A stretch of 32,000 nt of DNA, taken from contig NZ_CP065936.1 in assembly GCF_003367075.2 (NCBI RefSeq), positions 120,001 to 152,000 of the forward strand. The letters run 5' to 3'. Shown here piece by piece: positions 9,232 to 18,504 of this stretch. Numbering within the stretch: the first letter of the stretch is position 1; every line of letters starts with the position of its first letter. Below the pieces are notes generated by a model. The model was given only the letters and a program-made list of their open reading frames with translations, was not told the origin of the DNA and searched no databases. This stretch comes from Cylindrospermopsis raciborskii Cr2010 (GTDB taxonomy: Bacteria > Cyanobacteriota > Cyanobacteriia > Cyanobacteriales > Nostocaceae). The position numbers and the translations under genes were made by a program.

Positions 9232-11616
9232 ATGAGCAAATTTCGCGTTAATCCCTATCTGCAAAATCCCTCTTCCAATGGGGTTTCTGTCACTTGGTTT
9301 ACTACAGAAGATGTGGACGGTACTCTTACAGTGACTGGCCCAGGTTTGACCAGTCCTTTAGTGTTAACCAGTAATCCCACCTTTGAACCCGTACTCGCCT
9401 ACACCACTGCGGAGCAAAATCAGACCATCACGGGGTTGGCAAATAGTTGGTTAATCGACAACAATAATTACAAGCACAGAATAAATTTAGACGGATTAGA
9501 TTCAAATCAGACTTATAGTTACACCGTCGCCCAAGGGGGTGCTACCTTTACTTCTACCTTTAAAACTGCTCCCCTTGCTACAGAATGGTCTAGTATTCGC
9601 TTCATTGCCATGTCCGACAGTGAAACAGAACCCCGTGGGCGAATCACCTATCGGGAGTGGCAACCAGGTTTATTGGCGGAGGGTTCTGAGCGTCCTAGCT
9701 TAACGGGTAGTCAGTGGGCTACCACCTTTGGCACCTCTGGTTCTGGCGCTGCCCAAACCTTGCGCTATGCGCTGACGGAAACTAAGGGGTATCAAGAGAA
9801 CTTGAATATTGTCAACAGTAGAAACCCGGACTTTTTACTCATGCCTGGAGACCTGGTACAAGGGGGTGGCTACCAACCAGGTTGGGATGAATTTTTCCGT
9901 CACAACGCCGGGGAGTTTGATAGTGGGCTGTCTAAGTACGCCATTTTACCCGCCCTGGGGAACTGGGAAAATTTTGGCGCTCTCAACGGGGGGTATGGTA
10001 CGGATGCTGATGGCCGTTTTGGACCAAAGTTTGGGCGAGATAAGTACCATGTTTACTTTGATAGTCCGGAAAATGGAACTCCAACTCACCGGGACAACTA
10101 CTACCGGGTAGACTATGGTCCTGTGACTATCCTCACTCTAGATAGCTCTAATGGGGAACCGGATGATCGCCGCAGTAACTATGGTGGTTCGGGTCAGCCA
10201 CCTAAGGTCACTGGTACTACTTTTACTGATCCGGGAAAAGACACCCAGGATAATTATACCCGTCAACAGTACGAAAGCTTTGGCGGTACTGATCTGGCAG
10301 ACTTTAACCCCGGTAGTACTCAGTGGAACTGGGTAGAGGCCCAACTTCAAGATGCGCGCGCTAATGGTCAAATCATTTTTGTACAGTTTCACCATGTTCC
10401 CTATAGTAGTGGCGAGCATGGACAACCTATGAATCATGACTTATCCACTGGTCAGGGCGGTACACCTCTACGCCAATATCAAGGAATGTTTGAAACCTAT
10501 GGTGTTGCTGCTGTTCTCTCTGGTCATAGTGAGATGTTTGAGCGTAGTTTTGTCGATCAAAATGCAGATGGCACTGGGGTCACTTACTACGATGTTGGTG
10601 TGTCCGGTGATGGATTACGGGGTGAAAAGCGCACGGGATCTGGGGTGAGTACTCCTTTGCTTAGTTATAATGAGTACAGTCAGTGGACTGCCGATCAAAG
10701 TGAAGCGGAGGTTTGGAAAGTGATTGATGGTGTGCCTCAACTCGTGGACGGAGGCAAACATTATGGTCATTTGGAGGTAAATATTGAACCTTTCACTCCT
10801 ATAGCAGGAATCACTGCCAAAATTGAGTTTACGCCGGTCTACAGTTTCCCCATTCTGGATGCAACCTATAACCTTGTGGCAACTGAGCGCCGCGTTTATG
10901 ATGATCCGGTGGTTATGCTGGTCACGGATGAAGGATCGGTGATTAATATTCCTTTAACTCCTGAGGCTACTGTGGCGGTCTTAGAAGCTAAGCTAGTCAC
11001 TACTACACCAGGATCTGATATGGTCATTGCTAATGCCCCCAATAGTCAGGCAGATGGTATCAATGACCTGATCTTGACCGGAGCTGGAAATGATGAGGTG
11101 GATACTACTTTGTCTTTGCCCCTAACTCTGAAGGGACAAAATCGTATTTTTACGGGGAGTGGTAGTGATATAATAACGGTAAATGATCAGGATCGGGGTT
11201 TTGGCGGCAGTGGTAATGATGTATTTTATGCCACAGATGCCAGTGGCTACCGGATCTCTGGTGGTGTGGGTAATGATATCTTCTACCTCGGTGTTAATGG
11301 TCGTGCCATCGGTGGTGAAGGTGATGACCGGTTCTTCGTGGGTGAAGGTGGAGGTAATATAATCTCTGGTGGTGCTGGTGCGGATCAGTTTTGGATTCTC
11401 ACTGATGACCCTACCAAGTTAAAAGCATCTAACACGATTGTTGACTACACCATCGGTACGGATGTAATAGGCATTACTAACCAGGTTGCCAACTCTAAGG
11501 GTGACCTCACCTTCAGTGGTAGTGATATCAGCCTAAATGGTGTGTTAATTGCTACTCTTAACGGAGTGAATGCTGCAGGTGCAACCTTCGTTTTTGCCAA
11601 TCCTTTGGCCAGCTAG
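9232..11616 (+). CDS. Secreted metallophosphoesterase (purple acid phosphatase-like, N-terminal fibronectin-III-like domain) with C-terminal RTX-like module
   Basis: 794-aa ORF. N-terminal YLQNPSSNGVSVTWFT...YSYTVAQGG is PAP/Fn3-like. Metallophosphoesterase motifs MPGDLVQGGG, LGNWENFG, HHVPYSSGEHG and LSGHSEMFER. C-terminal GGVGNDIF...GGAGADQF repeats. Confidence 0.85.
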   Translation: MSKFRVNPYLQNPSSNGVSVTWFTTEDVDGTLTVTGPGLTSPLVLTSNPTFEPVLAYTTAEQNQTITGLANSWLIDNNNYKHRINLDGLDSNQTYSYTVAQGGATFTSTFKTAPLATEWSSIRFIAMSDSETEPRGRITYREWQPGLLAEGSERPSLTGSQWATTFGTSGSGAAQTLRYALTETKGYQENLNIVNSRNPDFLLMPGDLVQGGGYQPGWDEFFRHNAGEFDSGLSKYAILPALGNWENFGALNGGYGTDADGRFGPKFGRDKYHVYFDSPENGTPTHRDNYYRVDYGPVTILTLDSSNGEPDDRRSNYGGSGQPPKVTGTTFTDPGKDTQDNYTRQQYESFGGTDLADFNPGSTQWNWVEAQLQDARANGQIIFVQFHHVPYSSGEHGQPMNHDLSTGQGGTPLRQYQGMFETYGVAAVLSGHSEMFERSFVDQNADGTGVTYYDVGVSGDGLRGEKRTGSGVSTPLLSYNEYSQWTADQSEAEVWKVIDGVPQLVDGGKHYGHLEVNIEPFTPIAGITAKIEFTPVYSFPILDATYNLVATERRVYDDPVVMLVTDEGSVINIPLTPEATVAVLEAKLVTTTPGSDMVIANAPNSQADGINDLILTGAGNDEVDTTLSLPLTLKGQNRIFTGSGSDIITVNDQDRGFGGSGNDVFYATDASGYRISGGVGNDIFYLGVNGRAIGGEGDDRFFVGEGGGNIISGGAGADQFWILTDDPTKLKASNTIVDYTIGTDVIGITNQVANSKGDLTFSGSDISLNGVLIATLNGVNAAGATFVFANPLAS
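11241..11616 (+). repeat. Near-identical C-terminal module DNA, copy C (distal part only)
   Basis: High identity starts around GCCAGTGGCTACCGGATCTCTGGTGGTGT and ends at the stop codon. The proximal part of the module is clearly diverged. Confidence 0.8.
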
Positions 11617-11645
11617 TAAAGATTACCGAAAAAGTGATTTTTACA

Positions 11646-11670
11646 ACCCCCGATAAATCGGGGGTCTTTT
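11646..11670 (+). terminator. Rho-independent terminator downstream of the metallophosphoesterase gene
   Basis: ACCCCCGAT aa ATCGGGGGT (9-bp perfect stem, 11646-11665) followed by CTTTT. Confidence 0.8.
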
Positions 11671-11699
11671 GCTGAAATTAAGTTAATTGAAAATGGTGT

Positions 11700-12476
11700 T
11701 TATTTCAGTAAATTTTGAAATTCCCTGTTATACTTAACTTGAATAAAGTCATTATCTGCTTTTGCTAGTTCAGTATATTTTTGACGTTCCATCTTAATAG
11801 CTTTGGCTAAAGACTTCACAGCTAAGTCTGTCTGCTTCTGTAAGGCATAATTACAAGCCTTATTATAATATGCGGCGGCGAAATTCGGATTGATGCTAAT
11901 TGCTTGATTATAGGATGCCAAACCTTCCTGGTAGCGTCTTAGTTTTGTCAGGGCAATTCCCTTGTTTATCCATGCCTCAAATTTATTTGGCTCAATCACT
12001 ATAGACTCGTTATATGACCTTATTGCCTCTTCGTAACGACCTAATGCTGATAGGGCATTTCCTCGATTATACCAGGCTTCATTTTTGTTAGGGCGGAGGG
12101 CGATCGCCTGATTATAAGATCTCAATGCTTCTTCGTATTGTTTTAGCGATAATAGAGCATTTCCCCTATTTACCCATGATGGTACACTATCCTTTTGAAT
12201 TTCAATTACCCGGTTATAGAGCTGAAGTGCTTCTTCGTAGCGTCCCCTATCTAAGAAACCATTGCCCTGACTCAATAGATTTGAGACTTTTTGACTATCC
12301 TGAACCTGGGCCATTAGCCGTGCTACGTTATTTTCCTGAACAATTTGTTTTGTATATTCCGTAGAAGATTGGGCTGCATCAGCACAGCTGCTTACTAGGA
12401 AACCAATCAACCCAGATGTAATCAAGCGTCGAAAAATAAACATACTACAACTACGCAAAATATCATCTCCTAGCAT
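11700..12476 (-). CDS. TPR-repeat protein with lipoprotein-like N-terminus
   Basis: Repeated GRYEEALQLYNRVIEI..., KQYEEALRSYNQAIALRPNKNEAWYNRGNAL TPR units. N-terminus SGLIGFLVSSC resembles a lipobox. Confidence 0.85.
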   Translation of the reverse strand: MLGDDILRSCSMFIFRRLITSGLIGFLVSSCADAAQSSTEYTKQIVQENNVARLMAQVQDSQKVSNLLSQGNGFLDRGRYEEALQLYNRVIEIQKDSVPSWVNRGNALLSLKQYEEALRSYNQAIALRPNKNEAWYNRGNALSALGRYEEAIRSYNESIVIEPNKFEAWINKGIALTKLRRYQEGLASYNQAISINPNFAAAYYNKACNYALQKQTDLAVKSLAKAIKMERQKYTELAKADNDFIQVKYNREFQNLLK

Positions 12477-12600
12477 AATTTTATGATTGTTTAATCAGCC
12501 AATGAGGTATCTAAATCAACCATAATAGGACTAATTATCTTTTATTTTCCCCGTTGAAAAATAAAGATTTCAACAACTCTAGTAAAAAAAGACTAAGAAT

Positions 12601-12628
12601 ACACTAAAAACAATATCATTTTTAGTGT
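12601..12628. promoter_or_regulatory. Perfect inverted repeat between the divergent TPR and por genes
   Basis: ACACTAAAAA caatatca TTTTTAGTGT: 10-bp arms, 8-nt spacer. Confidence 0.35.
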
Positions 12629-12730
12629 ATTTAGTCAAGGATTTTACAGGAATGATCGGAAATTATGGTTTGGAAGCTCAGTCCCCATATAGGAAGGCTT
12701 TACATTTGAGGCACTTCTTGCTACAATTAA

Positions 12731-13783
<1,053 letters not shown>

Positions 13784-13865
13784 GGAGACGGGGGAATGGG
13801 GCTATCTACTATTTAGTATCTCCTATATATTTACTATTTAATGTTTTCTGAGGTTTGAGCAAGTA

Positions 13866-15254
13866 ATGAGTGTGGAGTCTAATTCTAATTCAACTTCTAA
13901 TTTAAGTCCTGATTCTCACAGTTTATCAGGTAACCATTTGCTAGATCATCAATTACACCCAGATGATTTTGATGGTAAAGCGGGTGAAAATACACTGGCT
14001 TCAGAACGTTTCTTTGCTCAACAAGCCCTAACTGCTATTTCCTTCTTACAATCCCCGAAATATACCAATTTTCTCAAAAAATCTACCTCTATTTTCTCCC
14101 ACAACACTACCCTGACCTCCGGTGCTAATTCTCAAGATTTTATCTTTACCCTCCTGGCGATCGCCTTGACTATTATCAGTGCGACTATTAATAATAGTTT
14201 TCTGGGTGTTATCAGCACCATATTGAATATTTTCCTATGCTTAAAACTACTTTTACCCTGGTTGAGAGCAATTATTAAAGAGTGGGTTTCTCCACAAGAT
14301 CAGAAGATTTTTTTAGGTTTTGTCGCCCTTACCTTTGCCATTATTGGCAGCTTAAAATTCTTGGGTTTAGGTAATGTTCTCATCAAGGAAACTCAGAAAA
14401 TTAATTGGGATACTTTAGGAAGTATAGCAGATTGGTTTGGAGCTTTGGGTCAAATTTTTATAGCTATAATTGCCGTTTATGTGGCCTGGAGACAATATAT
14501 AATTTCCAAAGATCTAACTATTCAACAAAATCTACTCACAGTTCAGCAAAATATTATTACCCAACAACAAACCATAGATTCCTACTTTCAAGGAATTTCT
14601 GACTTAGTCTTAGATGAGGAAGGACTATTAGAAGATTGGCCCCAAGAAAGAGCGATCGCTGAAGGGCGCACCTCTGCAATTCTTAGTAGTGTAGATGCTA
14701 GTGGAAAAGCCAAAATACTCAGATTTCTTTCTCGCTCTAAACTCCTCACTCCTTTACAACGTGACCGTCGTCTAGGTAGACCCATTCTTGATGGTATGGG
14801 TGGTTATGCTGAAGACAGATTATATGGAACCCGGGTTATAGATTTAGGAGTAATGTTAGCGGGTTCTGATTTATCAAATACTGATTTACGCTGGACAGAC
14901 TTAACGGAAGTGAATTTAGTTCATGCTAACCTAAGTGGTTGCGATTTAGTCAAAGCTAACCTATCTCGTGCTATACTATACGAGGCAAATATTAACCAAG
15001 CAGATTTAAATGGTATACGTTTGTTTTATGGGTCAGCAGAGCAAGCTTCACCTCGCAGTCGTACTGAACCTCCTAACTATCAAACAGGGGAGCATACAGG
15101 AGCAGTGGTAGAGAACGTGGATTTTACTGATGTACAAAGAATGTCAGAATCAACTCGTTACTATTGTTGTGCTTGGTGTGGAGAGAAATCCAGAACTACC
15201 ATACCTGGTGGTTGTGAAGGAATACCAAATAAATTGGCAAGAAATGAAATTTGA
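13866..15254 (+). CDS. Membrane pentapeptide-repeat protein with Cys-rich C-terminal tail
   Basis: Hydrophobic segments FIFTLLAIALTIISATI and LPWLRAII. Pentapeptides SDLSNTDLRWTDLTEVNLVHANLSGCDLVKANLSRAILYEANINQADL. Tail YYCCAWCGEKSRTTIPGGCEGIPNKL. Confidence 0.8.
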   Translation: MSVESNSNSTSNLSPDSHSLSGNHLLDHQLHPDDFDGKAGENTLASERFFAQQALTAISFLQSPKYTNFLKKSTSIFSHNTTLTSGANSQDFIFTLLAIALTIISATINNSFLGVISTILNIFLCLKLLLPWLRAIIKEWVSPQDQKIFLGFVALTFAIIGSLKFLGLGNVLIKETQKINWDTLGSIADWFGALGQIFIAIIAVYVAWRQYIISKDLTIQQNLLTVQQNIITQQQTIDSYFQGISDLVLDEEGLLEDWPQERAIAEGRTSAILSSVDASGKAKILRFLSRSKLLTPLQRDRRLGRPILDGMGGYAEDRLYGTRVIDLGVMLAGSDLSNTDLRWTDLTEVNLVHANLSGCDLVKANLSRAILYEANINQADLNGIRLFYGSAEQASPRSRTEPPNYQTGEHTGAVVENVDFTDVQRMSESTRYYCCAWCGEKSRTTIPGGCEGIPNKLARNEI

Positions 15255-15282
15255 TGTATCTTAATATCTTGAATCTTTTTGA

Positions 15283-16239
15283 TTGATAATTATGAGTGAT
15301 AGAATGCGTGCTATTGTAGTTGACCCTAATATACCCGGGCGCTTAACAATAAAAGAAGTTCCCGTACCCACACCCACTGCGAATGAAGCTTTGATTAGAG
15401 TTGCATCAACTTCATTAAATCGCGGTGAACTCAGACGTGCTAGTACAGCTACTCCTGGTTGGCGTCCTGGTTGGGATTTAGCTGGTACTGTAGAAAAATC
15501 CGCTGCTGATGGTTCTGGTCCTGCTGTGGGAACACGGGTAGTAGGTTATGTTCCCAGTGGTGCATGGGGAGAGTTAGTCCCAGTACCCACCCATTCTCTG
15601 TCCGAATTACCACACTTTGTATCATTTACTCAAGCTGCTACCCTACCGATAGCAGGTCTAACAGCTTACCATATCATGAAAAAAGGTGGTTTTCTACTGA
15701 ATAAATCCGTGTTAATTACTGGTGCATCTGGTGGAGTTGGTAACTTTGCCATTCAGCTGGCTCGATTAAGCGGAGCAAAAGTAGTTGCACATCTACGACA
15801 ATCTAAATATGAATCTGTAGTCAAACAAGCGGGAGCTCGTCACGTGGTCATTGGTGAGGATATTTCATCTGCTCAAGTATACGGACCCTATCACTTGATT
15901 GTAGATTCTGTAGGTGGTAATATTCTTGGTCAAGCTCTCAATTTTCTGGACTCTAATGGAACAGCTGTGGTATTTGGAGCTACTGGGGGAAGGGAAGTAA
16001 CCTTTAACGCAGGCAATCTTTATGCTCTTGGTGGTGCGAGTATATATGGGTTAATAGTATTTCATGAATTGAAACAAGAACCAGCGGCTATAGGGTTAAA
16101 ATGGTTGTTGGAGCTAGTGGAATCTGCCCAATTACGTCCCCATATTGAGATAGAAGCGTCATGGAACGAAGTTGCCAACATAGCACAAAAGTTGATGGAA
16201 AGAAGTTTTCCTGGTAAAGCAGTTTTGCATATTTTATGA
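15283..16239 (+). CDS. Zinc-independent MDR / quinone oxidoreductase-like alcohol dehydrogenase family protein
   Basis: N-terminal GroES-like domain (VAGWDLAGTVEKSAADG...) and nucleotide-binding motif SVLITGASGGVGNFAIQLARLSGAKVVA. Confidence 0.85.
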   Translation: MIIMSDRMRAIVVDPNIPGRLTIKEVPVPTPTANEALIRVASTSLNRGELRRASTATPGWRPGWDLAGTVEKSAADGSGPAVGTRVVGYVPSGAWGELVPVPTHSLSELPHFVSFTQAATLPIAGLTAYHIMKKGGFLLNKSVLITGASGGVGNFAIQLARLSGAKVVAHLRQSKYESVVKQAGARHVVIGEDISSAQVYGPYHLIVDSVGGNILGQALNFLDSNGTAVVFGATGGREVTFNAGNLYALGGASIYGLIVFHELKQEPAAIGLKWLLELVESAQLRPHIEIEASWNEVANIAQKLMERSFPGKAVLHIL

Positions 16240-16292
16240 GCCCACTTACTGCTAATCTAATATCAATTAGTTGGTTTGTTATCCATCCGTTT
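16239..16292 (-). pseudogene. Relic of a sixth unit of the small coiled-coil ORF array
   Basis: Minus strand ACGGATGGATAACAAACCAACTAATTGATATTAGATTAGC matches the 5' coding part of the intact units (CGGATGGATAGCATGGAAAACCAACTGATTGATATTAGACTAGC) but is interrupted. Confidence 0.7.
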
Positions 16293-16539
16293 GTGGTGGA
16301 AGATTTTGCAGAATATCTAAAATGCGGCGGTTTTCAGTTTGTAAACCCCTCACATCCAGTTGTATTTCTCTTACTTCTGATTGTATCTCTCTCATTTCTG
16401 TAACCACACTATCAAAGTTACGCTGCAGTACTTCAAAATTACGCTGATGTATAGCCACTGTTTCTAGAAGTGCGCTCACAGCTAATCTAATATCAATCAG
16501 TTGGTTTTCTATGTTATCTATCCGTTCTTGATTACTCAT
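16279..16539 (-). CDS. Small coiled-coil protein, array unit 5 (86 aa)
   Basis: MSNQERIDNIENQLIDIRLAVSALLETVAIHQRNFEV...EIQLDVRGLQTENRRILDILQNLPP; paralogous to the four upstream ORFs. Confidence 0.75.
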   Translation of the reverse strand: MSNQERIDNIENQLIDIRLAVSALLETVAIHQRNFEVLQRNFDSVVTEMREIQSEVREIQLDVRGLQTENRRILDILQNLPPQTDG

Positions 16540-16858
16540 AACTTCCCCCGGGTGGAAGATTTTGGAGAATATCTAAAATGCGACGATTTTCAGTTTGCAA
16601 ACCCCTCACATCCAGTTGTATTTCTCTTACTTCTGATTGCATCTCCCTAATTTCTGATTGCATTTCTCTAGTGTCTGATCGCATTTCTCTAATTTCTAAC
16701 TGTATCTCTCTCATTTCTGTAACCATACTGTCAAAGTTACGCTGCATTACTTCAAAATTACGCTGATGTATAGCCACTGTTTCTAGAAGTGCGCTCACAG
16801 CTAGTCTAATATCAATCAGTTGGTTTTCCATGCTATCCATCCGTTCTTGATTACTCAT
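16532..16858 (-). CDS. Small coiled-coil protein, array unit 4 (108 aa)
   Basis: Same N- and C-terminal blocks, with three extra heptads relative to unit 3. Overlaps unit 5 by 8 nt. Confidence 0.75.
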   Translation of the reverse strand: MSNQERMDSMENQLIDIRLAVSALLETVAIHQRNFEVMQRNFDSMVTEMREIQLEIREMRSDTREMQSEIREMQSEVREIQLDVRGLQTENRRILDILQNLPPGGSYE

Positions 16859-17114
16859 AATTTCCCCCAGGTGGAAGATTTTGGAGAATATCTAAAATGC
16901 GACGATTTTCAGTTTGTAAACCCCTCACATCTAGTTGTATTTCTCTTACTTCTGATTGCATCTCTCTAATTTCTATAACCACACTGTCAAAGTTACGCTG
17001 CATTACTTCAAAATTACGCTGATGTATAGCCACTGTTTCTAGAAGTGCGCTCACAGCTAGTCTAATATCAATCAGTTGGTTTTCCATGCTATCCATCCGT
17101 TCTTGATTACTCAT
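16851..17114 (-). CDS. Small coiled-coil protein, array unit 3 (87 aa)
   Basis: Shortest full unit. Ends GGNYE*, overlapping the next ATG by 8 nt. Confidence 0.75.
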   Translation of the reverse strand: MSNQERMDSMENQLIDIRLAVSALLETVAIHQRNFEVMQRNFDSVVIEIREMQSEVREIQLDVRGLQTENRRILDILQNLPPGGNYE

Positions 17115-17391
17115 AATTTCCCCCAGGTGGAAGATTTTGGAGAATATCTAAAATGCGACGATTTTCAGTTTGTAAACCCCTCACATCTAGTTGTATTTCT
17201 CTTACTTCTGATTGCATCTCTCTAATTTCTGATTGCATCTCTCTCATTTCTATAACCACACTGTCGAAGTTACGCTGCATCACCTCAAAGTTGCGCTGAT
17301 GTATAGCCACTGTTTCTAGAAGTGCGCTCACAGCTAATCTAATATCAATCAGTTGGTTTTCCATGCTATCCATCCGTTCTTGATTACTCAT
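17107..17391 (-). CDS. Small coiled-coil protein, array unit 2 (94 aa)
   Basis: One heptad (MQSEIRE) more than unit 3. Overlaps the next start by 8 nt (ATGAGTAA). Confidence 0.75.
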   Translation of the reverse strand: MSNQERMDSMENQLIDIRLAVSALLETVAIHQRNFEVMQRNFDSVVIEMREMQSEIREMQSEVREIQLDVRGLQTENRRILDILQNLPPGGNYE

Positions 17392-17731
17392 AATTTCCCC
17401 CAGGTGGAAGATTTTGGAGAATATCTAAAATGCGACGATTTTCAGTTTGTAAACCCCTCACATCTAGTTGTATTTCTCTTACTTCTGATTGCATCTCTCT
17501 GATTTCTGATTGCATCTCCCTAATTTCTAACTGGATCTCTCTCATTTCTGATTGCATTTCTCTAATTTCTGATTGCATCTGTCTCATTTCTACAACCACA
17601 TTGTCAAAGTTACGCTGCATCACCTCAAAGTTGCGCTGATATATAACAGATGTTTCTAGAAGTGCGCTCACAGCTAATCTAATATCAATCAGTTGGTTTT
17701 CCATGTTATCTATCCGTTCTTGATTGCTCAT
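17384..17731 (-). CDS. Small coiled-coil protein, array unit 1 (115 aa, longest)
   Basis: Four more heptads than unit 3 (MRQMQSEIREMQSEMREIQLEIREMQSEIREMQSEVREIQLD). First cistron of the array. Confidence 0.75.
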   Translation of the reverse strand: MSNQERIDNMENQLIDIRLAVSALLETSVIYQRNFEVMQRNFDNVVVEMRQMQSEIREMQSEMREIQLEIREMQSEIREMQSEVREIQLDVRGLQTENRRILDILQNLPPGGNYE

Positions 17732-17812
17732 AAAAAACTAAAACTAGCTAAATTCTGTTCTTGGTTCAGGATTTTTGGGCGATCGCAAAATATATTAACA
17801 ATCTAACATTAG

Positions 17813-18412
17813 TTAACTTCTTAAACTTCCTGCTTGACAGTCTCGTAACCACAATTTAACAGCTTGCGCAATAACTCCATTACTACTATTTCTAGGTGGG
17901 GATATAACTGATTTTAATGGATATTCACCTGCTTGGCTAAACATCATTACCAATCGCCAACCTGATGGAGTTTTGGTCACAAATAACCAGTGGAACTGTT
18001 GTAACTCTATTGATTTTTCCTTGCTATATTGTCGTTCTAACGTAGTAAAAAATAGCTGTTCCACACCTTTGGATACATAACTGGAATCCGTATTAATATT
18101 AGGATTTAAAGGTAAAGATTTAAACTCAGATCTCCCCGCTACCATAACATAGGGATAAAGGTCAACACCTAGACCAAGACGACGAGAACGTTGGGTCACC
18201 CGATTGGCATAACTAGGTAAATCAAGCATTAACTGAGTAGTTAAATTTTCCCAACTCTGTTGAGAACAAGAAGTGGTAAATTTGGTTTTGGATGGGTAGT
18301 TTATGGGTTCATAAGCAGTATTTTTAGCGTAGGTAGGAGATAAAAAAACAAATAGGCAGTAATAAAAGGAATAAGGTAGGAAAAATAGTCTATTCACAAT
18401 CACAACACCCAA
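17813..18412 (-). CDS. Hypothetical exported protein
   Basis: 199-aa ORF with hydrophobic N-terminus LFFLPYSFYYCLFVFLSPTYAKN; no family recognised. Confidence 0.65.
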   Translation of the reverse strand: MGVVIVNRLFFLPYSFYYCLFVFLSPTYAKNTAYEPINYPSKTKFTTSCSQQSWENLTTQLMLDLPSYANRVTQRSRRLGLGVDLYPYVMVAGRSEFKSLPLNPNINTDSSYVSKGVEQLFFTTLERQYSKEKSIELQQFHWLFVTKTPSGWRLVMMFSQAGEYPLKSVISPPRNSSNGVIAQAVKLWLRDCQAGSLRS

Positions 18413-18504
18413 TAATCATAAATCATCAATGGTTAGTGGTTAGTCATTAAGCTCCTCCGGTTTAGAAAACCGGGGATTTCTCAAAAGTTCATAGATGAAC
18501 TTTC

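Larger units (their letters stand above)
16239..17731 (-). repeat. Tandem gene array, period 256/277/319/340 bp, with internal 21-bp heptad-coding repeats
   Basis: ORF starts at 17731, 17391, 17114, 16858 and 16539 give spacings of 256 + 21 x {4,1,0,3}. Confidence 0.9.

Noticed and set aside
3-11616. Interpretation of the RTX cluster as a toxin/bacteriocin operon
   Set aside because: N-terminal domains are hydrolase-like (EEP nuclease, metallophosphoesterase), and no immunity, HlyB/HlyD or acyltransferase genes are visible in the window.
16578-17639. Plus-strand ORFs 16578..16766 and 17430..17639 (MRRFSVCKPLTSSCISLTSDCISLISD...)
   Set aside because: They are antisense readings of the 21-bp heptad repeats of the minus-strand array. 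The repetitive translation and lack of flanking homology indicate by-product frames.
16239-17731. Possible CRISPR array interpretation of the direct repeats
   Set aside because: Repeats are long, coding, directly tandem and lack unique spacers; no cas genes nearby.
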